Shown: positions 1 to 8,992 of the stretch, one piece after another
Numbering within the stretch: position 1 is the first letter of the stretch
Layout: every line of letters starts with the position of its first letter
Origin: a virus
Taxonomy: Duplodnaviria > Caudoviricetes
IMG/VR virus record: IMGVR_UViG_3300029288_004137
Location: 96,001 to 160,000 of that record
Direction: 5' to 3' (one strand)
Length of the DNA: 64,000 nucleotides
Made by a program: the position numbers and the translations under genes
Notes under the pieces: model-generated
What the model was told of the DNA's origin: nothing
Databases searched by the model: none
What the model saw: the letters and a program-made list of their open reading frames with translations, nothing else

Positions 1-37
1 ATTGTTTTCACTCATAAATACCTCTCTTTTTATAAAC

Positions 38-1279
38 TTATTCTCTAAAGAATCTGTTCTTTTCATATATTTGTTTCATATTTAAAAACATTTTTTGTGA
101 ACTTTCAACAGCTTTCATCCCAGATGAACCACTCTGCTCCTCATCCACAAAATACTTGTTTAAGTAAATCTGAAAATCATACAAAGAATTATATATCTCT
201 TTTATTTGTTCATTTAAAACATTAGTTCTTAATTGCAATTTTGTTTTTAAATTTAAACTACCACCAATATTTAATTCTCCAATATTTTCAAAACCCTTTA
301 ATATGAATGGTTTACTTTTTAATTGTTCAGATGTCTTAACATACATTCCACTAATTATTTCTACTACTGATTGATTATTCCCAAGTTTTTCTAACATTTT
401 GTTTATAATAAATTGTGTTGGAATAGATGATGTTTCAAACAAATAAAGCAATATTGCAGTTACAGAAGTATATGTTGAAAATTTATTTAATTCTTGTGGC
501 ATTTTTTCTTTCAAGAATTCAGAAATTGTTTCTCTCAAAACAGTTTTTATTGAATTAAAAATTTCAGTTTTAGATAAAATTTTCTCTTTTAAAATTAAAT
601 TTCCTACTTCTTCTTTAGACAATTGTTGTTTTTCAAAGACAATATAAACCATATCTCTACTACTTCTGTCATAAGCAAAATCTTTAAGTAAATTGCTAAA
701 ATTACCTTCTATTTCTGTATGAGAAGAAACAACCTTTAATGATAAATATTCTTCATTAGTTTCAATATCTTTTATTTCAGTTTGATCACCTAATTGGTGT
801 CCACCTAATACTACAGATATAAAAGCTTCAAATAATCTACCAGTAGTAGAAGCTGAAAATTCATTTAAAAGTAACATTAATGTTTCTATAAAGACCAAGG
901 AAGAAATTATCTGTGAAGGTGTTTCATTTATAAATGATTTTTCGTCTTTATTTAAAAAATCATTTATATAATTAAAAATAGAACTTAATTTTTTACCAGA
1001 AACAGATTTTCCTTTACCAGCATAATTTTCTTTAATAATGTTCTTTATATATTTTGTAAAAATAATTCTATCTTCATCAAGAGTCCCTTCTTTTCTATTC
1101 CCTCCCCATCCTCTCTCTGTTAATCTCATTTGCGGAGGTCGAAATCCATAAAAAGTATTTTTATTTCTCCATTTTTCTTCATTACCCTTAATTTCTTCTT
1201 TTATCAAAATATCAATATTATTTATTTTCTTTTCTGATAAAACTTTATCTATAATTTCTTCTGATTCTTTAATATTCAA
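38..1279 (-). CDS. Hypothetical protein, possible PD-(D/E)xK-like fold
   Basis: 413-aa ORF. GRLFEAF...KDI...LSLK resembles a nuclease-like E...D...SxK arrangement; weak. Confidence 0.45.
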   Translation of the reverse strand: MNIKESEEIIDKVLSEKKINNIDILIKEEIKGNEEKWRNKNTFYGFRPPQMRLTERGWGGNRKEGTLDEDRIIFTKYIKNIIKENYAGKGKSVSGKKLSSIFNYINDFLNKDEKSFINETPSQIISSLVFIETLMLLLNEFSASTTGRLFEAFISVVLGGHQLGDQTEIKDIETNEEYLSLKVVSSHTEIEGNFSNLLKDFAYDRSSRDMVYIVFEKQQLSKEEVGNLILKEKILSKTEIFNSIKTVLRETISEFLKEKMPQELNKFSTYTSVTAILLYLFETSSIPTQFIINKMLEKLGNNQSVVEIISGMYVKTSEQLKSKPFILKGFENIGELNIGGSLNLKTKLQLRTNVLNEQIKEIYNSLYDFQIYLNKYFVDEEQSGSSGMKAVESSQKMFLNMKQIYEKNRFFRE

Positions 1280-1282
1280 TAA

Positions 1283-2170
1283 TCAACTCCTAAAACTGCT
1301 ATTGCTCTTTGCAATATTAATTACTTTTTCAACTGGTAAAGAAGCACAATCAATCTTATTATCTGTTAAATTAAAATGATTCATAAATCCTTTGAACTTA
1401 GCGTTTTGACAATCTTTGTTAATTCCATTTTGTTCTTCTGGGAAAACCAAAGGTATCTCATATACATCATATATAAAACCACAAAGTATACCCAATGCTT
1501 CAATTTGTTTTGGATAAAATCCAAGAAAATCATCAAGTTTAACTTTATGTATTTTAAAATCTTCAATTATTGGACGTTCTCCAAATCCTTTCTTTTCATA
1601 CCAATCTTGGTATTTTAAATAATGTGCATTGCTCAATTCAATCCCTATTGAATCTGCATTATATTTCGTTCCTGCGTGAAATGTTATATCATTTGTATCT
1701 ACAAATTGATAGATTGTACCATCATTGTCTATATTAAAATGGACTGAGTATCCTCTCTTCTTTAAGACATTTATTGCACTTCTAGTATTGAGACAAGCAT
1801 CCCAATGAATTACAACAAATTTGGGATTTCTTTCTTTAGACATAATCTTATATCTTAATCCTTCATTTAAGAAGATTGCTTTGGTTTTTATTGGAAAATA
1901 ATGATTATTACATAATATTCTGTTATTTGTTGAAACATATTCTATTTCTTTTTCTAATGGAATATCATTGTTATAAATTTTTTCTGAATAAATTCTTCTA
2001 TATGTTATTTCTCCAACCAATCCATCTTCTTTTATTTTGAATTCCTTTTGTTTTGATTTAATCTTTTCGATTAATTCATTATCAAAAGATGATGCTCCAA
2101 ACCATTCAGGTTCCCAACCTAAAGATTTAGATGATTTTTTATTATAAAGAATTTTATACCAATTTAACAT
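1283..2170 (-). CDS. N-acetylmuramoyl-L-alanine amidase (Amidase_2) with N-terminal peptidoglycan-binding-like domain; endolysin candidate
   Basis: DGLVGEIT PG-binding motif; VVIHWD, SVHFNID, TFHAG, SIGIELS, NHFN, KIDC amidase motifs. Confidence 0.85.
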   Translation of the reverse strand: MLNWYKILYNKKSSKSLGWEPEWFGASSFDNELIEKIKSKQKEFKIKEDGLVGEITYRRIYSEKIYNNDIPLEKEIEYVSTNNRILCNNHYFPIKTKAIFLNEGLRYKIMSKERNPKFVVIHWDACLNTRSAINVLKKRGYSVHFNIDNDGTIYQFVDTNDITFHAGTKYNADSIGIELSNAHYLKYQDWYEKKGFGERPIIEDFKIHKVKLDDFLGFYPKQIEALGILCGFIYDVYEIPLVFPEEQNGINKDCQNAKFKGFMNHFNLTDNKIDCASLPVEKVINIAKSNSSFRS

Positions 2171-2572
2171 TTAATTTTTTCCTAAAAGTTCCTTTCTAAA
2201 AATTGGACATTTTGTCTTATTGTGCCCTGTTTGCCCACAAACAGAACATTTTCTTTGTTTCTTAACAAGAATCACTTCTTCTTTGTTTTCTTCTTCTTTT
2301 TTAGAAGAAGAAAGCAAAACTAAATTACCACTATCTTTCTTATAATAGGATTGATAATTTGTTTGTTTAGCAAATTCTGTAAGCTCTTTAGTTGAAGGAA
2401 AAGTTCTTTTAAAAATAAAAAAATCAATTGCATCTTTATCCCAACCCTCTCCAACTTTTTTCCAATCTTTAAATACTTCATTAACTTCTTTTAAAGAAGT
2501 ATATCCTTCTACCTGACAACGAAATATAATATCTGTACCACTAGACGATTCTTTCCAATAAACAACCTTCAT
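2171..2572 (-). CDS. Hypothetical protein with C-terminal CCHC zinc knuckle
   Basis: CSVCGQTGHNKTKC = Cx2Cx4Hx4C. Confidence 0.65.
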   Translation of the reverse strand: MKVVYWKESSSGTDIIFRCQVEGYTSLKEVNEVFKDWKKVGEGWDKDAIDFFIFKRTFPSTKELTEFAKQTNYQSYYKKDSGNLVLLSSSKKEEENKEEVILVKKQRKCSVCGQTGHNKTKCPIFRKELLGKN

Positions 2573-3198
2573 TAATCACCTCTCTTTTCCAGTCCATTTA
2601 TTACCAAATAAATATCTTGAAGATAATATGGCAATTGCTTTTTATTTCTTTTCTTCACACTCATTATATCATACTTTATTCTCTTTGTCAATGTTTTTTT
2701 TATATAATTTCTGAAAGGAAACATATAATAATAAGAAGAATTAACAAAAGAATCGCTTGCAACATTAATCATTTCATCTAAATTAATATCTTTATTATGC
2801 ATCCAATATGTGAATATTGATGTTTCATATCCCCTTACTTCAATTAACATTCTTGGAAAAGAAGGAATAGGCAATAAACATAACAAAAATAACAAGAACC
2901 AACAATTGAATACCGCAAATATAGAAAAAATTGCAAATATTTGTGGAATTAAATATCCTATTGAATAAATTAACTTATTAATATATTTTGAATCCAGCAT
3001 ATGTGTTCTCTCGTGAAGAAAAGTACACAAAGCCTTCAACGGATCATTTAATAATTTTTCATTAAGACTTGCTCTACTAGGATAATAAATCGTTGAACCA
3101 ATTGTGGTTGCATAATCTGTCATAAAACCTTTATTAAAAAACAAAAGCAAACTCATAATCTTCATAAGTTTGCTTTCATTCTTATATTTTATTTTCAA
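2572..3198 (-). CDS. Membrane-associated HExxH (zincin-like) protein
   Basis: FLHERTH, a hydrophobic segment, then EVRGY. Confidence 0.5.
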   Translation of the reverse strand: MKIKYKNESKLMKIMSLLLFFNKGFMTDYATTIGSTIYYPSRASLNEKLLNDPLKALCTFLHERTHMLDSKYINKLIYSIGYLIPQIFAIFSIFAVFNCWFLLFLLCLLPIPSFPRMLIEVRGYETSIFTYWMHNKDINLDEMINVASDSFVNSSYYYMFPFRNYIKKTLTKRIKYDIMSVKKRNKKQLPYYLQDIYLVINGLEKRGD

Positions 3199-3276
3199 TC
3201 CTACTCTTTTTTCACAAACATCCTTAAAGAACTTAAAAGTCCATCTTATCTCTTTTTTTTTTAAGTTCTCTAGTTA

Positions 3277-4032
3277 TCATTTACTTTTTTTTTCAACCTT
3301 TTTACCTTTATTACCATCTTTCTTATCTTCTTTTTTTGCACTCTTTCCTTTATTAACAATTCTTTCAATAATACGATTTGTTATTGTATTAATGACAGAT
3401 TCCTTAAGTTTATCTGAATCTTTCTTTTTTGAAGAAGTACTACATCCCTCACTCTTAACCTTTTTATTTGTATGTTTACTTTGTCCAATAGGATCTTTCT
3501 CTTCCATAATCTCTTCTTCTTCTTTTTCTTCACCACCTTCAAGATCACCCAATCCACCTTCTTCACCACCTTCAAGATCACCCAATCCACCTTCTTCACC
3601 ACCTTCAAGATCACCTAATCCACTTTCTTCACCACCACCTGAACTTGAAACAGAAACAGGAACTCCAGTTACTTCTTCAATATACGAAGAAATTTTTTCA
3701 ATTATTCCAGCTATATCCTTTTCTGTAACATATACACCCTTTCCACCTTCTGATCCACCTTCTGATCCACCTTCTGGTTCACCTTCTGGTTCACCTTCTA
3801 CATTCATTGTATCTGGAGAAACATCGTCCGTCTCAATTGTTTCTTTTTCTTTTTCAAGATTTTCTAAATCTGATTCCTTAAGTTCTTCTTTCTCTTCTTC
3901 CTCTTCTTCCTCTTTTTCGAGTTTCTTTCCTTCTTTAAGGAAATTTTCTGTCAAAGATGGTTTAATCTTTGCTAATTTTGAAAATTTCTTAATAATTTCT
4001 TCTTCTAAAAGAAAACCAGATTTTTTATTCAT
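3277..4032 (-). CDS. Acidic low-complexity protein, possibly head-associated
   Basis: E/G-rich with GLGDLEGGEE repeats and LLE/LTE/LKE motifs; preceded by an SD and the late-type motif at 4086. Confidence 0.5.
   Translation of the reverse strand: MNKKSGFLLEEEIIKKFSKLAKIKPSLTENFLKEGKKLEKEEEEEEEKEELKESDLENLEKEKETIETDDVSPDTMNVEGEPEGEPEGGSEGGSEGGKGVYVTEKDIAGIIEKISSYIEEVTGVPVSVSSSGGGEESGLGDLEGGEEGGLGDLEGGEEGGLGDLEGGEEKEEEEIMEEKDPIGQSKHTNKKVKSEGCSTSSKKKDSDKLKESVINTITNRIIERIVNKGKSAKKEDKKDGNKGKKVEKKSK
3526..3624. repeat. Three 33-bp in-frame tandem repeats
   Basis: ttcttcaccaccttcaagatcacccaatccacc x3, encoding GGLGDLEGGEE. Confidence 0.9.
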
Positions 4033-4085
4033 AAAACCTTCTCCATAAATTTATATTGTTAAAATCAAATCTTGTCATTCAAATC

Positions 4086-4093
4086 TAAATAGT
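4086..4093 (-). promoter_or_regulatory. Putative late-promoter motif ACTATTTA
   Basis: Same motif recurs upstream of structural operons. Confidence 0.55.
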
Positions 4094-4098
4094 AATAT

Positions 4099-4347
4099 TT
4101 ATTCCTGAAAAGAATAATTATTTTTTAATTTCAATGTAACTTTATGTAAAGCTTTACGTTCTAATTTATGAATTGAGACATGAGAGAGATTCAACCTCTC
4201 TCCAATTTCTCTCAATGTTAGTTCTTTGTATTTATTAATAGAACAAAAACAACAATTGTTATCTTCTTTAAAATTAATCCAAAATCGACAATTTATCTTA
4301 TCACAAACAACATTATTATAATCAATCTGACATTTTTCATTTTTCAT
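4099..4347 (-). CDS. Small protein: Cys-rich N-terminus plus sigma70 region-4 HTH
   Basis: LTLREIGERLNLSHVSIHKLERKALHKV matches sigma region 4.2; six Cys at the N-terminus. Confidence 0.75.
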   Translation of the reverse strand: MKNEKCQIDYNNVVCDKINCRFWINFKEDNNCCFCSINKYKELTLREIGERLNLSHVSIHKLERKALHKVTLKLKNNYSFQE

Positions 4348-4780
4348 CTGGTTTTACCTCAAAATCTAAAATTTCATTTAATAAGTCCTCTTCATTTGCA
4401 TCTATATATCCAAAAATATCATCTATTTCTTCATATTTTGCCAGTTGATTAACATCTTCTTGATATGCCTTATCCATATACTCTTTTTCCATCTTTTCAA
4501 CTTTTACTGCATTTGGATACTTCTTAAAGATATTATTATTCTCTTTGTATCTCACTATAAAATCAAGAATTGATTTATCTTTTTTAAGATATCCAGTTGT
4601 CATTAACCTAAAAAATTCAACAATATCAATTCCATCATTTTGAAGATCTAATCCCAATTGTATTAATCTTTCTTCTGTATCAAAAAAATATATACTTTTC
4701 TTTTTACCATCAAATCTTAATTTGCTTGTTATTCTTTTATTCTTTTTTACAAGAGGTTCTTGACTTTTACAATTTACCAT
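4337..4780 (-). CDS. Hypothetical protein (start uncertain)
   Basis: ORF 4337..4861; start trimmed to reduce overlap with the IMPDH-like gene. Confidence 0.55.
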   Translation of the reverse strand: MVNCKSQEPLVKKNKRITSKLRFDGKKKSIYFFDTEERLIQLGLDLQNDGIDIVEFFRLMTTGYLKKDKSILDFIVRYKENNNIFKKYPNAVKVEKMEKEYMDKAYQEDVNQLAKYEEIDDIFGYIDANEEDLLNEILDFEVKPDEK

Positions 4781-5774
4781 GAGGAGTACCTTCAATATAT
4801 CCATTAAATGTCTGAATGACAAACTCTGCATGTGCCCGTAAATCATAAAGTGTTCTTGCATTTTGATAAGAAAATCCAGAACGAACTCCAGCCATTATCC
4901 TATTAATTATATCTTTCACAGAACCTTGAAAAGGAACATTAATACTAATTCCTTCTGGTGATAAATATCCTTTCCATTGTGATTGTACTTCTTTAGATGC
5001 CATACCTCTATATGGCATTGTTCCATCGTAACTTTGTTGGACAGGACATTCTATTGTCCCTGCCACTAATCTCCCAAGCATTACCGCATCTGCACCAGCA
5101 GCTAACGCTTTAACAATATCACCAGCACAAGTAATTCCACCATCTGCTATGATAGATGACTTCCTAGTTGTTTTTGCACAATCACAAATAGCACTAAAAT
5201 TAGGAATACCATTGCCTGTTTCAATTCTCGTTGAACAAACTGCGCCTGATCCAATTCCAACTTTTATTGAATCAGCACCCCAATCTGACAAATCATTGAA
5301 TCCTTCAAGAGTACATACATTTCCAGCCATAATATGATATTCGGGGTAATGCTTTCTTAAAAAAGATAATGTTTCTTTCATCAAAATATGATGACCATGC
5401 GCAATATCAACACATATTAAAGAAACATTATATTTATTTGCTACAACTACTCTTGCAAAATCTTTTTCATTAACACCAATAGATATTCCATATTGAACAC
5501 CATTTGGTATTTCTTTTAATTCTTCTTGAAATTCTTCAATTGATTGAGTTCTATGAATTATAGATAACCCTCCAATATCATTCATCGCTGTAGCCATTTT
5601 ATGGCCACTTATTGTATCCATTGGAGATGTTATAATTGGAATTTTCAAATTTATTGCGTGTTCATAATATCCCAAAACAGTTGAAGTGTTTATTTCATCA
5701 TCTCTTCTTGAAAAAATTGTGCTAAATCTGGGGATTAATGAAACGTCCTTGTATGTTAATGCTTGCTTCATCAT
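4767..5774 (-). CDS. guaB: IMP dehydrogenase / GMP reductase family protein (no CBS domains)
   Basis: ALTYKDVSLIP, IITSPMDT, VDIAHGH, KVGIGSGAVCSTR (catalytic Cys), IADGGI, YRGMAS. Confidence 0.85.
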   Translation of the reverse strand: MMKQALTYKDVSLIPRFSTIFSRRDDEINTSTVLGYYEHAINLKIPIITSPMDTISGHKMATAMNDIGGLSIIHRTQSIEEFQEELKEIPNGVQYGISIGVNEKDFARVVVANKYNVSLICVDIAHGHHILMKETLSFLRKHYPEYHIMAGNVCTLEGFNDLSDWGADSIKVGIGSGAVCSTRIETGNGIPNFSAICDCAKTTRKSSIIADGGITCAGDIVKALAAGADAVMLGRLVAGTIECPVQQSYDGTMPYRGMASKEVQSQWKGYLSPEGISINVPFQGSVKDIINRIMAGVRSGFSYQNARTLYDLRAHAEFVIQTFNGYIEGTPHGKL

Positions 5775-5787
5775 TCTTCACACCCTT

Positions 5788-6144
5788 TTAAAAATTATCA
5801 TTAAATCCATCTACATGAAGGTCATAATTTTCATCTTTTTTGAAAATATCATTAGGAAAAAGTTCTTTTAAGAGTTTTTGAGTTTTATCTTGGAACTCTT
5901 TCAAAGTTTCCTCTTTTTTCATCTTCCTAATATCAAGACCTACATAATAATAATTGTCATTGGGTGTTCTTTCAAAAGAAATTCCATGCTCATCACAAAT
6001 GTCATAAATTCTCTCTACTTCATCTTCTTCATCATATTCATCTTCTTTATTTGTTAAAAACATTTCATCAAAAGGAGCATAAATACCATAAATACAAAAA
6101 CTTGTTGTACTCGAATTACTTACAAAACCTTTTCTAACTTTCAT
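5788..6144 (-). CDS. FVSNSS-motif small acidic protein, paralog 1
   Basis: MKVRKGFVSNSSTTSFCIYG; SD AGGAGGTG. Confidence 0.8.
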   Translation of the reverse strand: MKVRKGFVSNSSTTSFCIYGIYAPFDEMFLTNKEDEYDEEDEVERIYDICDEHGISFERTPNDNYYYVGLDIRKMKKEETLKEFQDKTQKLLKELFPNDIFKKDENYDLHVDGFNDNF

Positions 6145-6163
6145 AAATCACCTCCTAATTTAT

Positions 6164-6523
6164 TTAATTATCTGCCCAGCCATCAGTTTGGATACTATAA
6201 TATTTATCATCTTGGAAAACACCACCAAAAAGTTTTTTCATAAGTTCTTTGGTTTTATTTTTAAATTCCCCCAATGTTTCTTCATCTTTCATGTCTGCAA
6301 TATGTCGCCCAATATAACAATCACTATCATCACAATCAAATCTTCTAATGAAAAATAGGTTATTTTCATCACAAATTTGATAAGTTTTCTCTATTCTATT
6401 ATTTTCATCTTCTTTATATTTATCAAATATCGATTTTTCTATATCATCAAAAGAAGCACAAACACCATAAATACAAAAACTTGTTGTACTTGAATTGCTT
6501 ACAAACCCTTTTCTAATCTTCAT
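6164..6523 (-). CDS. FVSNSS-motif small protein, paralog 2
   Basis: MKIRKGFVSNSSTTSFCIYG; SD AGGAGGTG. Confidence 0.8.
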   Translation of the reverse strand: MKIRKGFVSNSSTTSFCIYGVCASFDDIEKSIFDKYKEDENNRIEKTYQICDENNLFFIRRFDCDDSDCYIGRHIADMKDEETLGEFKNKTKELMKKLFGGVFQDDKYYSIQTDGWADN

Positions 6524-6551
6524 ATCACCTCCTAATCTTAAAATTTAGTAT

Positions 6552-6887
6552 TTATGCATACCAACCTTCAGTAATAATCTGATAATTTTCATCATCTTGA
6601 AAGAAATCACTAGAATAAATTTCTTTCATAAGTTTTTTCGTCCTATCTTTAAATTCTCTAAAAGTTTCTTCATCCTTAATCTTATTAATTTCAAGACCAA
6701 TATAACAATCATCATCATTTTCTGGGTGTGATGTAACAAATAATCCTTTTTCGTGAAGAAATCTATCTATATCTTTTTTATCAGATAAAGAAGGTTCTTC
6801 ATTTTTATGGGAAGAATCACAACTTACTCCATAAATACAAAAACTTGTTGTGCTCGAATTACTTACAAATCCCTTTCTAATCTTCAT
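6552..6887 (-). CDS. FVSNSS-motif small protein, paralog 3
   Basis: MKIRKGFVSNSSTTSFCIYG; SD AGGAGGTG. Confidence 0.8.
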   Translation of the reverse strand: MKIRKGFVSNSSTTSFCIYGVSCDSSHKNEEPSLSDKKDIDRFLHEKGLFVTSHPENDDDCYIGLEINKIKDEETFREFKDRTKKLMKEIYSSDFFQDDENYQIITEGWYA

Positions 6888-6917
6888 ATCACCTCCTTTT
6901 CAAATTTCAATAGATTT

Positions 6918-7460
6918 TCATACTTCATTGCCCCAAACATCCCAACCTTCGGTCTTTTGTCGGGCAAATAACTCTATTCGGGGTAAATCACCGACCAACT
7001 CAATAATTCTTTTTTTTGCTTCATCAGGTTTTTTACTATGTCCCTCAATCGGTGTGTCTATCACAGAATGGATACCAGCATTGATTCTTTTTGGCTTTCC
7101 TTTAGTGGCAATCAGACACAGTTCAGCATTCGCTCTCGTCCAATGCCCCATACCCCAAAACCAGCTCCCGCTTTTTTTGTTTCTTTTCACCCAAGTGAAA
7201 GCAACTGTTTTATACAAAAAACCCCATTTTTGTATAAGTTCCCAGCACTCGTTTAATTTTGGCATAGTAACCCATAAGAAAAGAACGCAGTTTTTATCTG
7301 CTATATCTGAAACAGGTAAGTTATCTATCCAATCTTTTTCTTGCACTTGATACTTGCAACCTGCTCCTCGATTACCAGCCAACGCTTTGTCTCTGTAACT
7401 CCACGGTGGATCAGCATAAATAATCTGATACTTCTTATTTGGAAATGGTATTTGTTCCAT
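6918..7460 (-). CDS. MT-A70 family N6-adenine methyltransferase
   Basis: IIYADPPW, LFLWVT, WGFLYKT, GHWTRANAE, HSKKP, IELFAR, GWDVWGNE. Confidence 0.9.
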   Translation of the reverse strand: MEQIPFPNKKYQIIYADPPWSYRDKALAGNRGAGCKYQVQEKDWIDNLPVSDIADKNCVLFLWVTMPKLNECWELIQKWGFLYKTVAFTWVKRNKKSGSWFWGMGHWTRANAELCLIATKGKPKRINAGIHSVIDTPIEGHSKKPDEAKKRIIELVGDLPRIELFARQKTEGWDVWGNEV

Positions 7461-7473
7461 ATTTCAACTCCTT

Positions 7474-8118
7474 CTAAATTATTTTATCAACTAATCCATA
7501 TTTTAAACATTCTTCCGAAGATAACCAAGTATCTTTTTTTAATAAATCATCTAAAAATTCAGACTCCATATGAGTTTTTGTCAAATACCATTTTTTCATT
7601 GTTTCCATAAATTTCTTTTCATTCTCTACTTCTTCCAATAATTCTTGGAATTTGCCAAAAAGACTAGCTGTTTGTTGATGAATCATCATAAATGATTTTT
7701 TAGTGATTAATCGTTGTTTCCCAGATAAAAAGAATAACGATGCAGCAGAAGCAACATACCCTTCAGCATATGTTATTACATTCAATTTCGAATTCTCAAT
7801 TATATCAGATAATCTAAATCCATCTAAAAGATATCCCCCAAAAGAAGATATATGAATATTTATAGGAATAATGTCAATAGGAAGTTCCCACTCAATAGAC
7901 TGAATTTGAATTCTTTTTTCAAGTTTTTTGAAACTTAAAATAAATTCTTTTACAGAAGTAGGATCAACAAATGAATTAAAATATAAATGATTATTATCTT
8001 CTTCTACCTTATTACTAGTTGATTGCGAATTGTTTTCATTTTTTGAATGAAAACATTCTTCTAATATTTTTGTATCTATTTTATCCATTTTAGCTCCAAT
8101 GTAAATATGTTTCTTCAT
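7474..8118 (-). CDS. clpP: ClpP-like serine protease
   Basis: ISSFGG, VASAAS (Ser), MMIHQ (His), DTWLSSEECLKYGLVDKI. Confidence 0.85.
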   Translation of the reverse strand: MKKHIYIGAKMDKIDTKILEECFHSKNENNSQSTSNKVEEDNNHLYFNSFVDPTSVKEFILSFKKLEKRIQIQSIEWELPIDIIPINIHISSFGGYLLDGFRLSDIIENSKLNVITYAEGYVASAASLFFLSGKQRLITKKSFMMIHQQTASLFGKFQELLEEVENEKKFMETMKKWYLTKTHMESEFLDDLLKKDTWLSSEECLKYGLVDKII

Positions 8119-8443
8119 CTTCTTGCTTTGACTCTTTTATATCTTCTTTTATATCTTCTTTTAAATCCATTATACTTTTTAAATCAACAAAAAAATAAAC
8201 ATTGCTTTTATCTTTTGCTTTATATAAATAAGTCTTACTATTAATACAAAAATTCTTTAAATCAAAAACTTCAACTATTTCTAATTCCAATGGTTCTTTA
8301 TAATTAAGAAACGAAACAGTGATTTTATCACCCTGTCTCAGACATAATTTCCATTGATCTTTGTCATTAATAACGCTTGCTCCATACATATCACTATATG
8401 TTGAATTTAAAACTTCAACATCATAAGATGTTTCTAATAACAA
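8090..8443 (-). CDS. Hypothetical protein
   Basis: 117-aa ORF with SD AGGAG. Confidence 0.6.
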   Translation of the reverse strand: MLLETSYDVEVLNSTYSDMYGASVINDKDQWKLCLRQGDKITVSFLNYKEPLELEIVEVFDLKNFCINSKTYLYKAKDKSNVYFFVDLKSIMDLKEDIKEDIKESKQEDEETYLHWS

Positions 8444-8461
8444 TCGATTTCTCCTAATAAT

Positions 8462-8923
8462 TTATTTTTTGTCGGAACTCCCAAGACAAGAATCGTCTCT
8501 ATTCGAGATAACAAAAGCATCATCATATAAATTATCGTCAAAACTTTCTATTAAATTACAAGAAATTACCGGTACTAATACTAATTGAGCTATCTTATCA
8601 TAGCACTTGACTTCAACTTCTTTGTTTGAAATATTGTGAAGATCAATAAAAACTTCTCCATTATAACCTGCATCAATTAAATGAGCTCCATAAACTAATC
8701 CTTTTTTAGCTGCCATACTACCTCTATTCATAACCTGAAGCATATAACCGTGCTCAACACAGAACTTAATCCCTGTTCCAAATAAGTAGTTTTCTCCAGG
8801 TTTAAGGATTATACTTTTTATATTATCTTGTGGGCACCAATAAACATCAATCCCTGCATCACTCGGATGTGCTCTTGTCGGAAATTTAACATTTGGATAT
8901 ATTCTGAAATATTGCAATAACAT
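8462..8923 (-). CDS. dut: Trimeric dUTPase
   Basis: DAGID, NRGS, LIDAGYNGE, KIAQLV, RxxxxLGSSD; start placed at MLLQYF after GGAGG. Confidence 0.9.
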   Translation of the reverse strand: MLLQYFRIYPNVKFPTRAHPSDAGIDVYWCPQDNIKSIILKPGENYLFGTGIKFCVEHGYMLQVMNRGSMAAKKGLVYGAHLIDAGYNGEVFIDLHNISNKEVEVKCYDKIAQLVLVPVISCNLIESFDDNLYDDAFVISNRDDSCLGSSDKK

Positions 8924-8953
8924 TTTGCCTCCTATATTTAATTTTATATAACA

Positions 8954-8982
8954 ATCATACAATATTTTTTATTTTTTGTCAA
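8954..8982 (-). promoter_or_regulatory. Sigma70-type promoter
   Basis: TTGACA-17 nt-TATGAT upstream of dut. Confidence 0.75.
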
Positions 8983-8992
8983 GAAATAAATT

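Noticed and set aside
3170-4048. 292-aa plus-strand ORF, and other plus-strand ORFs such as 40136..40609 and 6850..7350
   Set aside because: Antisense shadows of real minus-strand genes (Ser/Phe/Pro-rich mirror of Glu/Lys/Gly codons) with no recognisable motifs.
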